Shown here: positions 1 to 9,325 of the stretch, in pieces | Layout of the letters: the number at the start of each line of letters is the position of its first letter | Numbering within the stretch: the stretch's first letter is position 1 | Assembly: GCA_001793155.1 (NCBI GenBank) | Contig: MGHI01000005.1 | Span: 23 to 64,022, forward strand | Direction: 5' to 3' | From: Candidatus Woesebacteria bacterium RIFCSPLOWO2_01_FULL_39_61 | Lineage (GTDB): Bacteria; Patescibacteriota; Microgenomatia; UBA8517 | Length of the DNA: 64,000 nucleotides | Position numbers and translations under genes: made by a program | The notes under the pieces: model-generated | Seen by the model: only the letters and a program-made list of their open reading frames with translations | What the model was told of the DNA's origin: nothing | The model's database searches: none

Positions 1-149
1 ATGTACGAGCCATTGTATAGACCTTTCACAAGATTTCAACCGTTCTGTATGTATCAGGTCCTAGACAATTTCTAAGGCTAAAGCGGGAATTGCTGTGTAG
101 CCTTGCTATACTTGGTGCAATCGACGTGATGGAATTAAATTTAACGAGA

Positions 150-220
150 GGCCGGAGCGGGAATTGCACCCGCGCATAGATGTTTTGCAGACACCCGTGT
201 TTCTACTTCACCATCCGGCC
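150..220 (-). tRNA. tRNA-Cys (anticodon GCA), 71 nt
   Basis: Reverse complement folds as a cloverleaf. The acceptor stem is GGCCGGA/TCCGGCC and U8 is present. The anticodon arm is GGTGT-CTGCAAA-ACATC, with GCA at positions 34-36. The T-stem is GCGGG/CCCGC with an atypical T-loop TGCAATT. CCA is not encoded. Confidence 0.6.
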
Positions 221-257
221 GTTGAGCCTAATTGTATATCAATTCAGCTTCAAAAAC

Positions 258-292
258 AAAACCCCGAACCATAGTTTGTGGTTCGGGGTTTT
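258..292. terminator. Bidirectional rho-independent terminator hairpin (AAAACCCCGAACC-loop-GGTTCGGGGTTTT)
   Basis: 9-bp GC-rich perfect stem with flanking A-run and T-run. It sits 46 bp downstream of the minus-strand hsp20 stop. Confidence 0.7.
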
Positions 293-337
293 AGAAACTT
301 AATCTCTTACGATTTAAAAAATTCGAATTCATTAACC

Positions 338-748
338 TTATTTACTTTTAGCTCTTACTGTTACTTTTCTTGGCCTTGCGGCAGCGGCTTTAGGAATTAT
401 TATTTCCAAGACTCCCTGATCTACTTCTGCCTTTGCCTTATCCCATTTACCACCCGAAAGAGCGCATGTGTAATAATAATTATAAGTAGATGCTTTGTAT
501 TCTCCTTTTTTCTTTTCCTCCAGCTTTTTCTCGGCTCTAATCGTAACCACCCCGTCTTCGATATTCAATTCAACATCGTCGGCCGGTACTCCAGCCACTA
601 CCGCTTCAAGGTAAATATTTTTGTTATCTTCATGAATTCTCAAACCTCTTTGAGTCGTGACAGTTGGGAAAGTTTCGTCAAACTCATCCAGCCCTCGAGG
701 CCAAGCAAAGAGGCTTGCAAAAGGATCGCGTCTGATTAAATCTGCCAT
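338..748 (-). CDS. Hsp20/alpha-crystallin family small heat shock protein
   Basis: Alpha-crystallin-domain-like sequence (…IYLEAVVAGVPADDVELNIEDGVVTIRAEKK…). The start was chosen at MADLIRRD because a GGAGGGGGG SD lies about 8 nt upstream. The ORF-track N-terminal extension was rejected. Confidence 0.7.
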   Translation of the reverse strand: MADLIRRDPFASLFAWPRGLDEFDETFPTVTTQRGLRIHEDNKNIYLEAVVAGVPADDVELNIEDGVVTIRAEKKLEEKKKGEYKASTYNYYYTCALSGGKWDKAKAEVDQGVLEIIIPKAAAARPRKVTVRAKSK

Positions 749-854
749 TTTTTTCACCCCCCTCCTAGGATATGGTCGCCACAGGCGGCATCTCATGGAG
801 TTTTGTGAGATGACAAAATCTATCTCACTGGAACCTTACAAAAAATCAAATTTG

Positions 855-881
855 ATTAGCACTTACACATGCTGAGTGCTA
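855..881. promoter_or_regulatory. CIRCE operator (TTAGCACTT-N9-GAGTGCTAA) upstream of hsp20
   Basis: Near-perfect match to the CIRCE consensus TTAGCACTC-N9-GAGTGCTAA, about 110 bp upstream of the hsp20 start on the minus strand. Confidence 0.75.
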
Positions 882-982
882 AAGATATATTAATAATTTT
901 TTGTTTAGTTGTCAAGACACTTTATATCTTAAGGTAATAACAACTTGTCTCTCACCGAGGCTCGTGGTAAACTTCCTTCGTT

Positions 983-1912
983 GTGAGAAAACTAGGTTTG
1001 GCTGGATTAGTTGGTGCATCTTTGGTGCTTGTTATTGGTCTAATTTTTTTTATTTTTGGTTTCTTTAGACCTAAGGTTGCGGGTATCTATATAGATACAA
1101 ATCCCTCCTCCACCATTTATTTAAACGGAGAACAGGTTGGTAAAACACCCTATGACAAGTTAAGAGATCCCGGAGAAACTGTGATACGCTTAATTCCGGA
1201 ATCATTTCAGGCCCCACTGGTTCCCTATGAAACCAAAATAACCTTAGTACCGGGTGTAAAAACCGTAGTACGAAGAGATTTTGGAGAATCTCAGGAAACA
1301 TCAGCAGGAGAAATTGTTTCATTCGAGAAAATTGAAAGAGACCAATCAAGTTTGGTGGTTATTTCAATTCCCGATTCGGCTGAACTTTTGATAGACGGTA
1401 AGGATAAAACCTTCACTCCCCATAAAACGTCCGACATTCTACCCGGCGAACACACACTTGAACTCAGGGCAGACGGATATCAAAGTAGACCTGTTAACGT
1501 TAAAACCCATCAGGGGTATAAACTTACGGCCGTTGTCCAGCTGGCTCTATCAACAAGTACCACCCAAGTTCAGCCTACCCCCACGGAAAAACCAAAAGAA
1601 GAAAAACCCATGGTGGAAATACTATCAACCCCGGTTGGTTTCTTAAGAGTACGTAACCAACCCTCGAGTGTTGCTGACGAAGTTGGTAGGATTCAACCAG
1701 GGGAAAGGTACGTACTTTTATCAGAGGATGAAAAGACGGGTTGGTATAAAATCGGATATGAGGAAGGAAAGGAAGGCTGGATATCCAATCAGTATGCAAA
1801 AAAAATTGAAGCATCAAGTGTAACCCCCGCCGTAAGTCCTAGAGTTTCTCCAACACCGACCCCAAAGGTATTACTGAGTCCTACCAGGACTCCGCCATCA
1901 CCGAGCATTTAA
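983..1912 (+). CDS. Membrane-anchored PEGA-domain protein with C-terminal SH3b domain and Pro/Thr-rich tail
   Basis: GTG start. N-terminal TM helix. PEGA-like segment (VVISIPDSAELLIDGKDKTFTPHKTSDILPGEHTLELRADGYQ). SH3_3-like segment (GFLRVRNQPSS…GWYKIGYEEGKEGWIS). Confidence 0.55.
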   Translation: MRKLGLAGLVGASLVLVIGLIFFIFGFFRPKVAGIYIDTNPSSTIYLNGEQVGKTPYDKLRDPGETVIRLIPESFQAPLVPYETKITLVPGVKTVVRRDFGESQETSAGEIVSFEKIERDQSSLVVISIPDSAELLIDGKDKTFTPHKTSDILPGEHTLELRADGYQSRPVNVKTHQGYKLTAVVQLALSTSTTQVQPTPTEKPKEEKPMVEILSTPVGFLRVRNQPSSVADEVGRIQPGERYVLLSEDEKTGWYKIGYEEGKEGWISNQYAKKIEASSVTPAVSPRVSPTPTPKVLLSPTRTPPSPSI

Positions 1913-2847
1913 GCCGAAATTCCACCGTATAATATCCAAACAACTAGGGCAACCCACAAGATAACGGATGAGATTAACGAAATGTCTGTAAGCAGTAGTT
2001 TTTCGGGCGCCTCAGACTTACCTTCAAAAATTAAGCTCTGATATCTCATTATTCCGAAAATAACTACAGGAATAGTTATCATCAAAAGTTTATTGATTGC
2101 GGTGGTCCGAGAAAGTTCGGCCAAAACTATCCAAACAGGAGTCGATGCTTGAGGAGATTCAAAAAATGTAAAAAGGGCCCAACTCATCCAAGCAGCATTT
2201 CCGAACATAGTAACGTAGGAATTTAAAAGTTCACGACCGTATTTAAGAAGACTTCTTCTGGTTACTCCTGCCGATTCTAGAATATTGAGTTCGGCCCGTC
2301 TTTTTCCTGAAGCGAGGAATAAAGCCGAGGAAATTACGCAGAGCAAAAACCAAACGGAAAGATGTATGTCGATTACAAAAGCTCCTGCATAGACTCGGAT
2401 AATGAACCCGGTTGCAATAATTAGTATGTCGATAATATGCAGGTTTTTAAGCCCGAGGCTATAAGCAGCCTGCAAAGATAAGTATCCAATCACAGTTAGT
2501 AGGAAAAGAGTATTCAGATAAGAAGCTATATATAATGATAAAGATATAAGTACTATAATCTCCAAGAGTGCAAGAAGGAAAGACAGTTGTCCCGACGCTA
2601 TCGGACGATTTTTTTTGGTGGGGTGGAGACTGTCCACTCCCGCATCCAACATGTCGTTAAATATATAGGTAGCCGAAGTCGCAAAACTAAAAGAGAAAAA
2701 GGATAATAGTACTTTTGAAAAAAGAAAGTCGTTATAAAGATTTCCGGAAAAAATTAAAGCCGCGAATAGGGCAAAATTTTTTATCCAGTGCACTGGTCTT
2801 GCGACTTTTACAACCTGTTTAATTAGGTAAAATGGATCCTGGTTCAT
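1909..2847 (-). CDS. UbiA-family prenyltransferase, decaprenyl-phosphate phosphoribosyltransferase (DPPR synthase)-like
   Basis: Polytopic membrane protein. Carries the motif NDMLDAGVDSLHPTKKNRPIASG, i.e. NDxxDxxxD…HPxKxxRPxASG as in the Rv3806c subfamily. Confidence 0.65.
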   Translation of the reverse strand: MNQDPFYLIKQVVKVARPVHWIKNFALFAALIFSGNLYNDFLFSKVLLSFFSFSFATSATYIFNDMLDAGVDSLHPTKKNRPIASGQLSFLLALLEIIVLISLSLYIASYLNTLFLLTVIGYLSLQAAYSLGLKNLHIIDILIIATGFIIRVYAGAFVIDIHLSVWFLLCVISSALFLASGKRRAELNILESAGVTRRSLLKYGRELLNSYVTMFGNAAWMSWALFTFFESPQASTPVWIVLAELSRTTAINKLLMITIPVVIFGIMRYQSLIFEGKSEAPEKLLLTDISLISSVILWVALVVWILYGGISA

Positions 2848-3914
2848 GGTTTAGGACGATATGTTAACCACAATAATAATCCACCAATAAGGACAAACAC
2901 TCCAATAATTGTATAGAACTTGTATGATGCGTTCAAATTTAGGGCAAAAATTCCGAGCATTGCAGTGATTGCCCAATAGAAAAATGCAACACTTCTTTTT
3001 GATAAACCAGCGTCTAATAATTTGTGATGAAGATGACCCCTGTCTCCCCAAAAAGGAGAATGACCTGTTAAAATTCTTCTTCCCATTGTGAACCCTGTGT
3101 CGATAAGTGGCACCGCAAGCACAACCATAAGTGTACCTACTTTAGTTGTTGATAAAATCGATAGTACCCCAAGTAAGTATCCGGCCAGGGTTGATCCCCC
3201 GAACCCCGGCATAATTTTTTGAGGGAATATATGCCAAGGTAAAAATCCTAGGTATGCCCCGGTTGTTATTGCTGCCAAAATTATTGCCGGCCATTGGGTA
3301 ATATCGGCGCTAAATCTGAGTGATAATGTCGTAATTGTTAAGCCGGCTACTACTGTCGTTCCTGACAACTGGCCATCGAGACCCGACGCCCCAATGTTTA
3401 CGAAGTTCATTAGGATTACGACCCAAAAAAGGGCGAATAAGTCGGATAATACCCAAATACTTCTTTCCTGACCCAAAAGACTAAAAGCAAACTGGGGATT
3501 TGATAAGTCCACTATTCCGTTAAATGGGTTGGTGATGAAAGAAATTCCTATACCTGCCGCTATAGGAAAGGAAGCAGCTAAGAACTGTACTACCAATCTG
3601 ACATAAGGGTTAATGTCGTATTTATCGTCTATAAAGCCTAGTACGGTGAGAACCAGTGCACCTAGAAGTATTCCCGTTAAGTGTTTATCTAAGGGTAAAA
3701 AGGCGGCTGTGGAGATTGCCACTCCTAAAAATATCGGTATTCCACCACCTCGAGGGACTGGGTATGTATGAATAACCTTTGGATGTTTATGTTTTTTGGG
3801 GTCGTCTACAATCCCCAATTTTTTGGCAGAAGCTATTACAATCGGGGTTACAAAGTAAGAAACTATCGCTGCTACCCCTAAAGGTAAAAATACAAGGTCA
3901 ATAATATTGTCCAT
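2844..3914 (-). CDS. Polyprenyl-phosphate sugar-1-phosphate transferase (MraY/WecA family, GT4)
   Basis: About 10 TM helices. Has the DDxxD-like segment IDDKYDIN and the C-terminal HTYPVPRGGG-type motif. Overlaps the UbiA gene by 4 nt. Confidence 0.6.
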   Translation of the reverse strand: MDNIIDLVFLPLGVAAIVSYFVTPIVIASAKKLGIVDDPKKHKHPKVIHTYPVPRGGGIPIFLGVAISTAAFLPLDKHLTGILLGALVLTVLGFIDDKYDINPYVRLVVQFLAASFPIAAGIGISFITNPFNGIVDLSNPQFAFSLLGQERSIWVLSDLFALFWVVILMNFVNIGASGLDGQLSGTTVVAGLTITTLSLRFSADITQWPAIILAAITTGAYLGFLPWHIFPQKIMPGFGGSTLAGYLLGVLSILSTTKVGTLMVVLAVPLIDTGFTMGRRILTGHSPFWGDRGHLHHKLLDAGLSKRSVAFFYWAITAMLGIFALNLNASYKFYTIIGVFVLIGGLLLWLTYRPKP

Positions 3915-4370
3915 TTAAAAACTTCCGACCAGAAACATTATTTTAAAGGTAGTAATGGTTGAAATAAGCGCCGCGGCGAAAGCTACTATAATTAGGATTT
4001 GCTTTAAAAAATTGTTTTCGACGAAGAAGGTAAGAAACAAGTTTATTATCAAAACAACAAACGACAACATACTTGGGATAACTAAACCAAAAGAACTGGA
4101 AAGTTGTTCGGACCCTTCGGCTAAGCCGTAAAAAAGAGGAATCTCTGGGGGAAGATTGTGTTGAAATATAAATACTGAAATTAAACTTATTGAGATAAGT
4201 GCGATGCAAGTATAAACGACTTTTTTGAGTGGAATTTTTGCTAAGCTGGTTTCACCTTTTTTTACAAACAGACTTTGAAGATCGTTAGACCTGAGCAGTT
4301 TTTGGGAACGCTTTACCAGTTCTGATGATAGATACCCTTTTGGTATTTTTTTAGTATCTTTATTAGACAT
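3915..4370 (-). CDS. Hypothetical membrane protein
   Basis: ORF with 3-4 predicted TM helices in the same operon. No recognisable motif. Confidence 0.35.
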   Translation of the reverse strand: MSNKDTKKIPKGYLSSELVKRSQKLLRSNDLQSLFVKKGETSLAKIPLKKVVYTCIALISISLISVFIFQHNLPPEIPLFYGLAEGSEQLSSSFGLVIPSMLSFVVLIINLFLTFFVENNFLKQILIIVAFAAALISTITTFKIMFLVGSF

Positions 4371-4515
4371 AAACGAAAACGTTTTTTCTTTCCAGTTTCG
4401 GACCTAAAATTAAGTTACTCTTGGGAGTATCAACAATAAAACAGTGCGAAACGGGCTACTTATGTGATTGTATCAAAGTAATAACCCAACTTCACCAGCT
4501 TGTAGTATTTTGAAG

Positions 4516-6126
4516 TTATTGTCCGTAGTTGTTTAGACCTCTGAGGTTTGGACCTAAAAGTTTCCAAATTTGTGCCGAATCAATGATTTCAACCAAGCCG
4601 TAATTATTTCTTAGAAAAATTATCAAATCCGAGAAAGGGTTGGAATTGGGAAGGATTACAATTAAAACTGGTGGTGAGTTTCTTAAATTATTCATAACTT
4701 CGACCAGGTTTGAAAAGTCTTTTATGTGATAATCAGCTACATATTTTCCCGGTGGTAGTCGTCGGCTTAAAGCGTATATAGGAGACGAGTCACCCCAAAT
4801 AAAAACTTTTTCCTCAGGCTTAGTAAGCGAAAGTATATAATTTGCAATTTTGTAGTTTCTTTGTACTTGTCCGCCGAACGTTGATAAGTATTGATCTTTG
4901 GTGATTTTGCCTAAAGCGAAATTCACGAAGCGGGTGTAGTAGGGCAAGGTTGGATAATGCCAAAACCTATAATAGACCGGAACATAAAGTGTAAGCGTCA
5001 GAGGCAGTATAACCAACAACTGCTCGATATTTCTCAGGGTAAATAAAATGCCCAAAAGGAGCGATATTGGGCCTACTGATTGAATTAAATAGTGTGGATA
5101 AGGGCGTTCAGAAAGGGTTACTGCAAAAAGGGTCATCAATAGCCATGAGGTTATAAAAATAAATTGAGGAGACAATTTTCTTCTTTTCAAAAACATTATT
5201 AAGAGTCCCAAAGACGCAATTCCAAACCTTAGTAAAAGAGGCCCGTTTCGTTCTAGGAAGGGTTTTGCGACATCTCCGGGTCTAAAGCTTGACAAATACC
5301 CAACGTTTTGCAGGTAAGCCGCTATAAGATATTCTTTAAAGGCACCCCGTAAGGTATACCAAACAAAGGTAAGTGCGATGGGGATTATAAATCCTAACCC
5401 GAGATAAATTACTCTAAGACCGATTTTTTTCAAAGTAACCAAGCTGTATTTTTTGGGAATAACCAGCCATAAAATTATCACTGCCGGAATGTCAAATATT
5501 GCCGGAATTTTGAAAAGTGTCGCAAAAGAAAAAAACAGACCCGCGGTAAATATGTTTTTAAAATTTAATTCCCTTGTGAGAATGATCAAGAAGGCGATGA
5601 TGGTTGGGGCGATCATGAAAAGTTCGGCGTTGATGATATTTCCCTCTAATAAGGGAATGGTAATCAAAAGCGCAAATATTATTGTTGATATTTTTTGCAA
5701 ACTTTCCTTTTTGGGTCTCCGACCCTTGAGCGTCTCCGGCCCGGAGGGAAACATTGCAATAGATAATTTCCAGAAAAGAAAAATTGTTACCAGACTCCAA
5801 ATTGCCAAGATTGCTTTAAACCAAAAAAGACTTCCAGCGATAGCTGCAAGTATGTAAAGAAGCGGGGGCTTATTATCATGAATACCGCTATAAAGAGGGA
5901 TTCCCCGGCGTATTGCTTCGCCTAAAGTTAAATAAATCATTTCATCTCCGTAGGAGTAAGGTTCGAAAAAAGAAGGAATCCTGAGGATAAAGACTATTAT
6001 CAGTAGTATAAAAAGCCAGGTTGGAGTATGGAGTTTATCATTCAAAAAACCCAATAACCAATTCTTATTTCTAGCACTCATTTGCTTATAAATCCAGTTT
6101 ATCACAAAAGTCTGGTTTTGAGCCAT
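4516..6126 (-). CDS. GT-C glycosyltransferase (ArnT/PMT-like, family 39/83-like)
   Basis: Polytopic N-terminal domain with the YGDEMIY acidic DE motif in the first loop. Large C-terminal soluble domain. Confidence 0.6.
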   Translation of the reverse strand: MAQNQTFVINWIYKQMSARNKNWLLGFLNDKLHTPTWLFILLIIVFILRIPSFFEPYSYGDEMIYLTLGEAIRRGIPLYSGIHDNKPPLLYILAAIAGSLFWFKAILAIWSLVTIFLFWKLSIAMFPSGPETLKGRRPKKESLQKISTIIFALLITIPLLEGNIINAELFMIAPTIIAFLIILTRELNFKNIFTAGLFFSFATLFKIPAIFDIPAVIILWLVIPKKYSLVTLKKIGLRVIYLGLGFIIPIALTFVWYTLRGAFKEYLIAAYLQNVGYLSSFRPGDVAKPFLERNGPLLLRFGIASLGLLIMFLKRRKLSPQFIFITSWLLMTLFAVTLSERPYPHYLIQSVGPISLLLGILFTLRNIEQLLVILPLTLTLYVPVYYRFWHYPTLPYYTRFVNFALGKITKDQYLSTFGGQVQRNYKIANYILSLTKPEEKVFIWGDSSPIYALSRRLPPGKYVADYHIKDFSNLVEVMNNLRNSPPVLIVILPNSNPFSDLIIFLRNNYGLVEIIDSAQIWKLLGPNLRGLNNYGQ

Positions 6127-6180
6127 GGTGTCTGGAATACAGCTATTGACTATATGTACAGAAATCTGTAATATGGTCTT

Positions 6181-6456
6181 GTGTCTAAGACGTTGCCAAT
6201 AACTAAAGCCAGAGAGAACCTTACAACGTTAGTCGATAGGGCAAGTAAGTTATTGGAAGAATTTATCATCACTGTTAAAGGAAAGCCAGAGGCCGTTCTT
6301 ATGTCTCACGACGAATTTGAGAGCTGGAAAGAGACAGTTGACATTTTGTCCGATCCCGAATTAATTGCTTCTATTAAAAAAGGCGAAAAAGATTTGAAAG
6401 AGGGCAAATATGTGACATTTGAAGAACTCAAAAGGCAACTTAAGCTTGATGTATGA
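6181..6456 (+). CDS. Phd/YefM family antitoxin
   Basis: GTG start. Phd/YefM-like N-terminus (TLPITKARENLTTLVDRAS…). Its stop overlaps the toxin start in ATGTATGA. Confidence 0.65.
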   Translation: MSKTLPITKARENLTTLVDRASKLLEEFIITVKGKPEAVLMSHDEFESWKETVDILSDPELIASIKKGEKDLKEGKYVTFEELKRQLKLDV

Positions 6457-6700
6457 ACTCCGCATATCAGCCCAGGCAAGAAAGAGACTAAAGCAAATTT
6501 CGAAAAGAAGACAAGCTGCAGTTTTGTCGGCAATAAGAGAAATCAAAGAAGACCCTTTCATTGGAAAACCACTCACTCGCGAACTAACAGGAAGATTTTC
6601 TTACAAACTTGGAGTTTTTAGGATAATTTATAAAGTCAATAAAAAAGATAAAATTATTGAAATAATTACCGTCGGCCACAGAGTAACAGTTTACAATTAA
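6449..6700 (+). CDS. RelE/ParE family toxin
   Basis: MYELRISAQARKRLKQI…YRIIYKV…TVGHR motif layout. 8-nt overlap with the antitoxin. Confidence 0.65.
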   Translation: MYELRISAQARKRLKQISKRRQAAVLSAIREIKEDPFIGKPLTRELTGRFSYKLGVFRIIYKVNKKDKIIEIITVGHRVTVYN

Positions 6701-6805
6701 GTGTTAATATTAAAGTGTGAAAAAGACTTTGAGTTACGGAGTTAGAGTTTTCTCTCTCGCTTGGCAGGCAAATGGTTATTATGCAGTACTTACTGTTTTA
6801 AGTAA

Positions 6806-8496
6806 GTTATACGATGGTACTCTTTATCCCTGACGCAGGTTTTTCTTCTCGCAAGGCTCTTGGATTTACTCCAAGTGCAAAAAACACTTACTTTTAATGA
6901 TCTGTCGTGGCTTATTGTGGTTTACCTTTTTGCAACGCTATTGAAGCTACTTCTAAAAAGCTTTCTGGACGTTAAAGAAAATTACCTTCTAAATAAGTTT
7001 GACAGCTACATTGATTTGCAGATATGCAAAAAACTGTCCGAGCTCGATCCTGCCAGATTTGAAGATCCGGAGTTTCAAAATTTAATAGCACAACTTGAGG
7101 GTGTAAAGGGAAGCATGCAGATGCAGTTGGGGCGATTTATAGGTTTTGTTGATGCCATCTTTAAGTTTGTAACTGCGACTATTGTGGTTTCTGCGACCTT
7201 TCCGTTTTTTGCACCACTAATTATGTTCGCAACCATACCGTCGTATATCACTTGGGAAAGAATTCGCTTAAAAATCTGGCCATATTATCTTGAAAAGAAA
7301 TCCCGACTGACCAGGGCTACCCAATATGTTAAAATTTATTATCTAGCGATTCTACATCAAAGGAAACAGCAATCTTTAATACAGGGGATTTAATTCTTAA
7401 CAAAATTAAGAGGGAGCAGAAATTCTATTATAGAAACTTTGCGAATGCAAACGACCCTTGGATAGGTTATTTACTGCTCGTACGGGTAATACAATTTGGA
7501 GCTTTTATTTACACACAATATTTAAATCTCTCAAGAGTGCTAGGTGGAACTTTGGGTGTAGGTCAATTTACTCTTGTTTTTCAACAAACCTTGAACCTCG
7601 CCTTTAGTTCGGAAGATATTTTGAATCAATATTCAAGCATTTCCGCACGGAATAAGTTTATCGATAAATATTTTGATTTTATGGAGACTGACAGAATAAT
7701 TAAATCGCCACCAAACCTCACGGATTTACCTAGAGATCCCCATCCGCCCTTAATAGAAGTTAAAAATGTTTCCTTTAAGTATCCGTCAACCGAGAGATAT
7801 ATATTGAAAGACTTCAATTTGACAATAAGAAGCGGCGAAAAGATTGCGTTGGTTGGAGAAAACGGTGCAGGAAAAACAACCCTTATTAAATTGCTTTTAA
7901 GATTCCATGATGTAACCGAAGGAGAGGTTCTTATAAATGGTGTCAATATAAAAGAGGTTGATTTGGACAAATGGCACGAGGAAATCGGTGCGTTATTTCA
8001 GGACTTTATTAAGTATCAGTTTACTTTTAAAGAGAATGTGTATTTTGGCGATTTATCAAAGCCGAAAAAAATAAAATTCTTAAAACTAGCAATTGAACAA
8101 TCAGGTGCTGATAAATTTATTGACACTCTTCCGGAAGGCAGGAATCAGATATTGGGTAAAATGTTTGAAGGTGGTATCGATTTATCGGGTGGACAGTGGC
8201 AAAAGCTTGCTTTGGCTCGAGCTTTTTATAGAAATGCACCGATTTTAATTCTTGATGAGCCAACGAGCGCAATTGACGCCAAAGCAGAGTACGAAATATT
8301 TCAAAAGGTTCAAAACTTACAGAAAGACAAAACCGTTGTGATAATTTCTCATCGTTTTTCAACGGTCAGGAGTGCGGACAGGATACTTGTTTTGGAGGGA
8401 GGAAAGATAATTGAAGAAGGAAATCACAGAGAATTAATGGAGAAGGAAGGTTTGTATGAAGAACTATTTACTATTCAGGCTCAAGGATATAAATAA
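6806..8496 (+). pseudogene. Decayed ABC exporter (TMD-NBD fusion). Fragments at 6860-7393 and 7537-8496 lie in different frames. No ATG at the 5' end. TM2 is missing
   Basis: The 3' fragment carries the TMD tail (GQFTLVFQQTLNLAFS), Walker A (GENGAGKTT), signature (LSGGQWQKLALARA), Walker B (ILILDEPTSA) and H-loop. The 5' fragment carries a TM1/ICL1-like segment. There is a frame change between the pieces and the total is too short. Confidence 0.55.
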
Positions 8497-8515
8497 CTAT
8501 TTAAATAAGTCTTTA

Positions 8516-9325
8516 TTAGTTTAGCAAAATTTTTAACGCGGGTTCGAGGGTGATTGCGTGACCAGAACCGTAAACGATAAATATATTTCTACCATTATTC
8601 CAAAGCATCAAAATTTCTTTAACTATGTAAGTATTTCTATACCCACTGGAAGCTGCACTCACCTCTGAATTTATTGGATTTGAGTCGTTATAAAAACAAT
8701 CGTAATTTTCTTTGTCAAATTTGTGGTTATGAAACTTATCGTGCAATTGAATCATATGATTTAAAGAAAAATCAAAGCCTTTCCAATTAAGTATATTTTT
8801 GTACTCTTTTAAAAGACGTTCGGTATACTTTTCAAAATCAGGCCTTTCAAGGTAACTGTGCCACTGAGCAACTTGCCTGGCAAAATAGTAATAAATTATT
8901 TTTTCCTTACCAAACTTTTTACTGATTGAATTTGCTTCTTTGGTTTCATCTGGTTCTGGGGAAACAACTTCTATATTTTCTTTGTTTGCTAAGAGTGTCA
9001 TCAGTCCCGGCTCGCCGTGTTTTTCGATTGCAACCTTTTCACTTTTTAAAACAGGTCTTAGTCCTCCTTCGACAAGAACAATGCAATTCTTCTTTTTTGT
9101 AACTCCTAGAAACACATTCCACCAATCTTTAATTGTTTTAACCTGGGAGTCTTTTGGATTGAAAATATGATGTGGTCCGAGAAAATAAAGTTGTTGGTTG
9201 CCTTTAACTATTTTGTAAAAATATGGATATTTGAACTTTTGTTTGTGAAGCTTTTGGTAAACCTCATTCATTTCTTTTGGAGTTAAAAGAAGTTTTTCAA
9301 TCCATTTTTCGGGACTATTCTTCAT
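8516..9325 (-). CDS. Hypothetical protein, possibly TraB/GumN/TIKI-like
   Basis: LVEGG…IFIVYGSGHAI resembles the GxxH motif of the TraB family. Weak. Confidence 0.3.
   Translation of the reverse strand: MKNSPEKWIEKLLLTPKEMNEVYQKLHKQKFKYPYFYKIVKGNQQLYFLGPHHIFNPKDSQVKTIKDWWNVFLGVTKKKNCIVLVEGGLRPVLKSEKVAIEKHGEPGLMTLLANKENIEVVSPEPDETKEANSISKKFGKEKIIYYYFARQVAQWHSYLERPDFEKYTERLLKEYKNILNWKGFDFSLNHMIQLHDKFHNHKFDKENYDCFYNDSNPINSEVSAASSGYRNTYIVKEILMLWNNGRNIFIVYGSGHAITLEPALKILLN

Noticed and set aside
76-100. Second tRNA gene
   Set aside because: The segment matches only 12 nt of the tRNA-Cys 3' region and cannot form a cloverleaf. It is treated as a partial repeat.
338-796. Longer Hsp20 ORF starting MRCRLWRPYPRRGVKK
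   Set aside because: The internal ATG at 748 has a strong GGAGG SD and begins a canonical Hsp20 N-terminus. The extension is Arg-rich junk that overlaps the promoter region.
5453-5857. Plus-strand ORFs inside the GT-C gene (5453-5857) and other embedded antisense ORFs (for example 16808-17047, 19102-19350, 22654-22935, 29491-29940, 55631-55873)
   Set aside because: They are embedded antisense to strongly supported genes and show no motif support. They are typical spurious ORFs.
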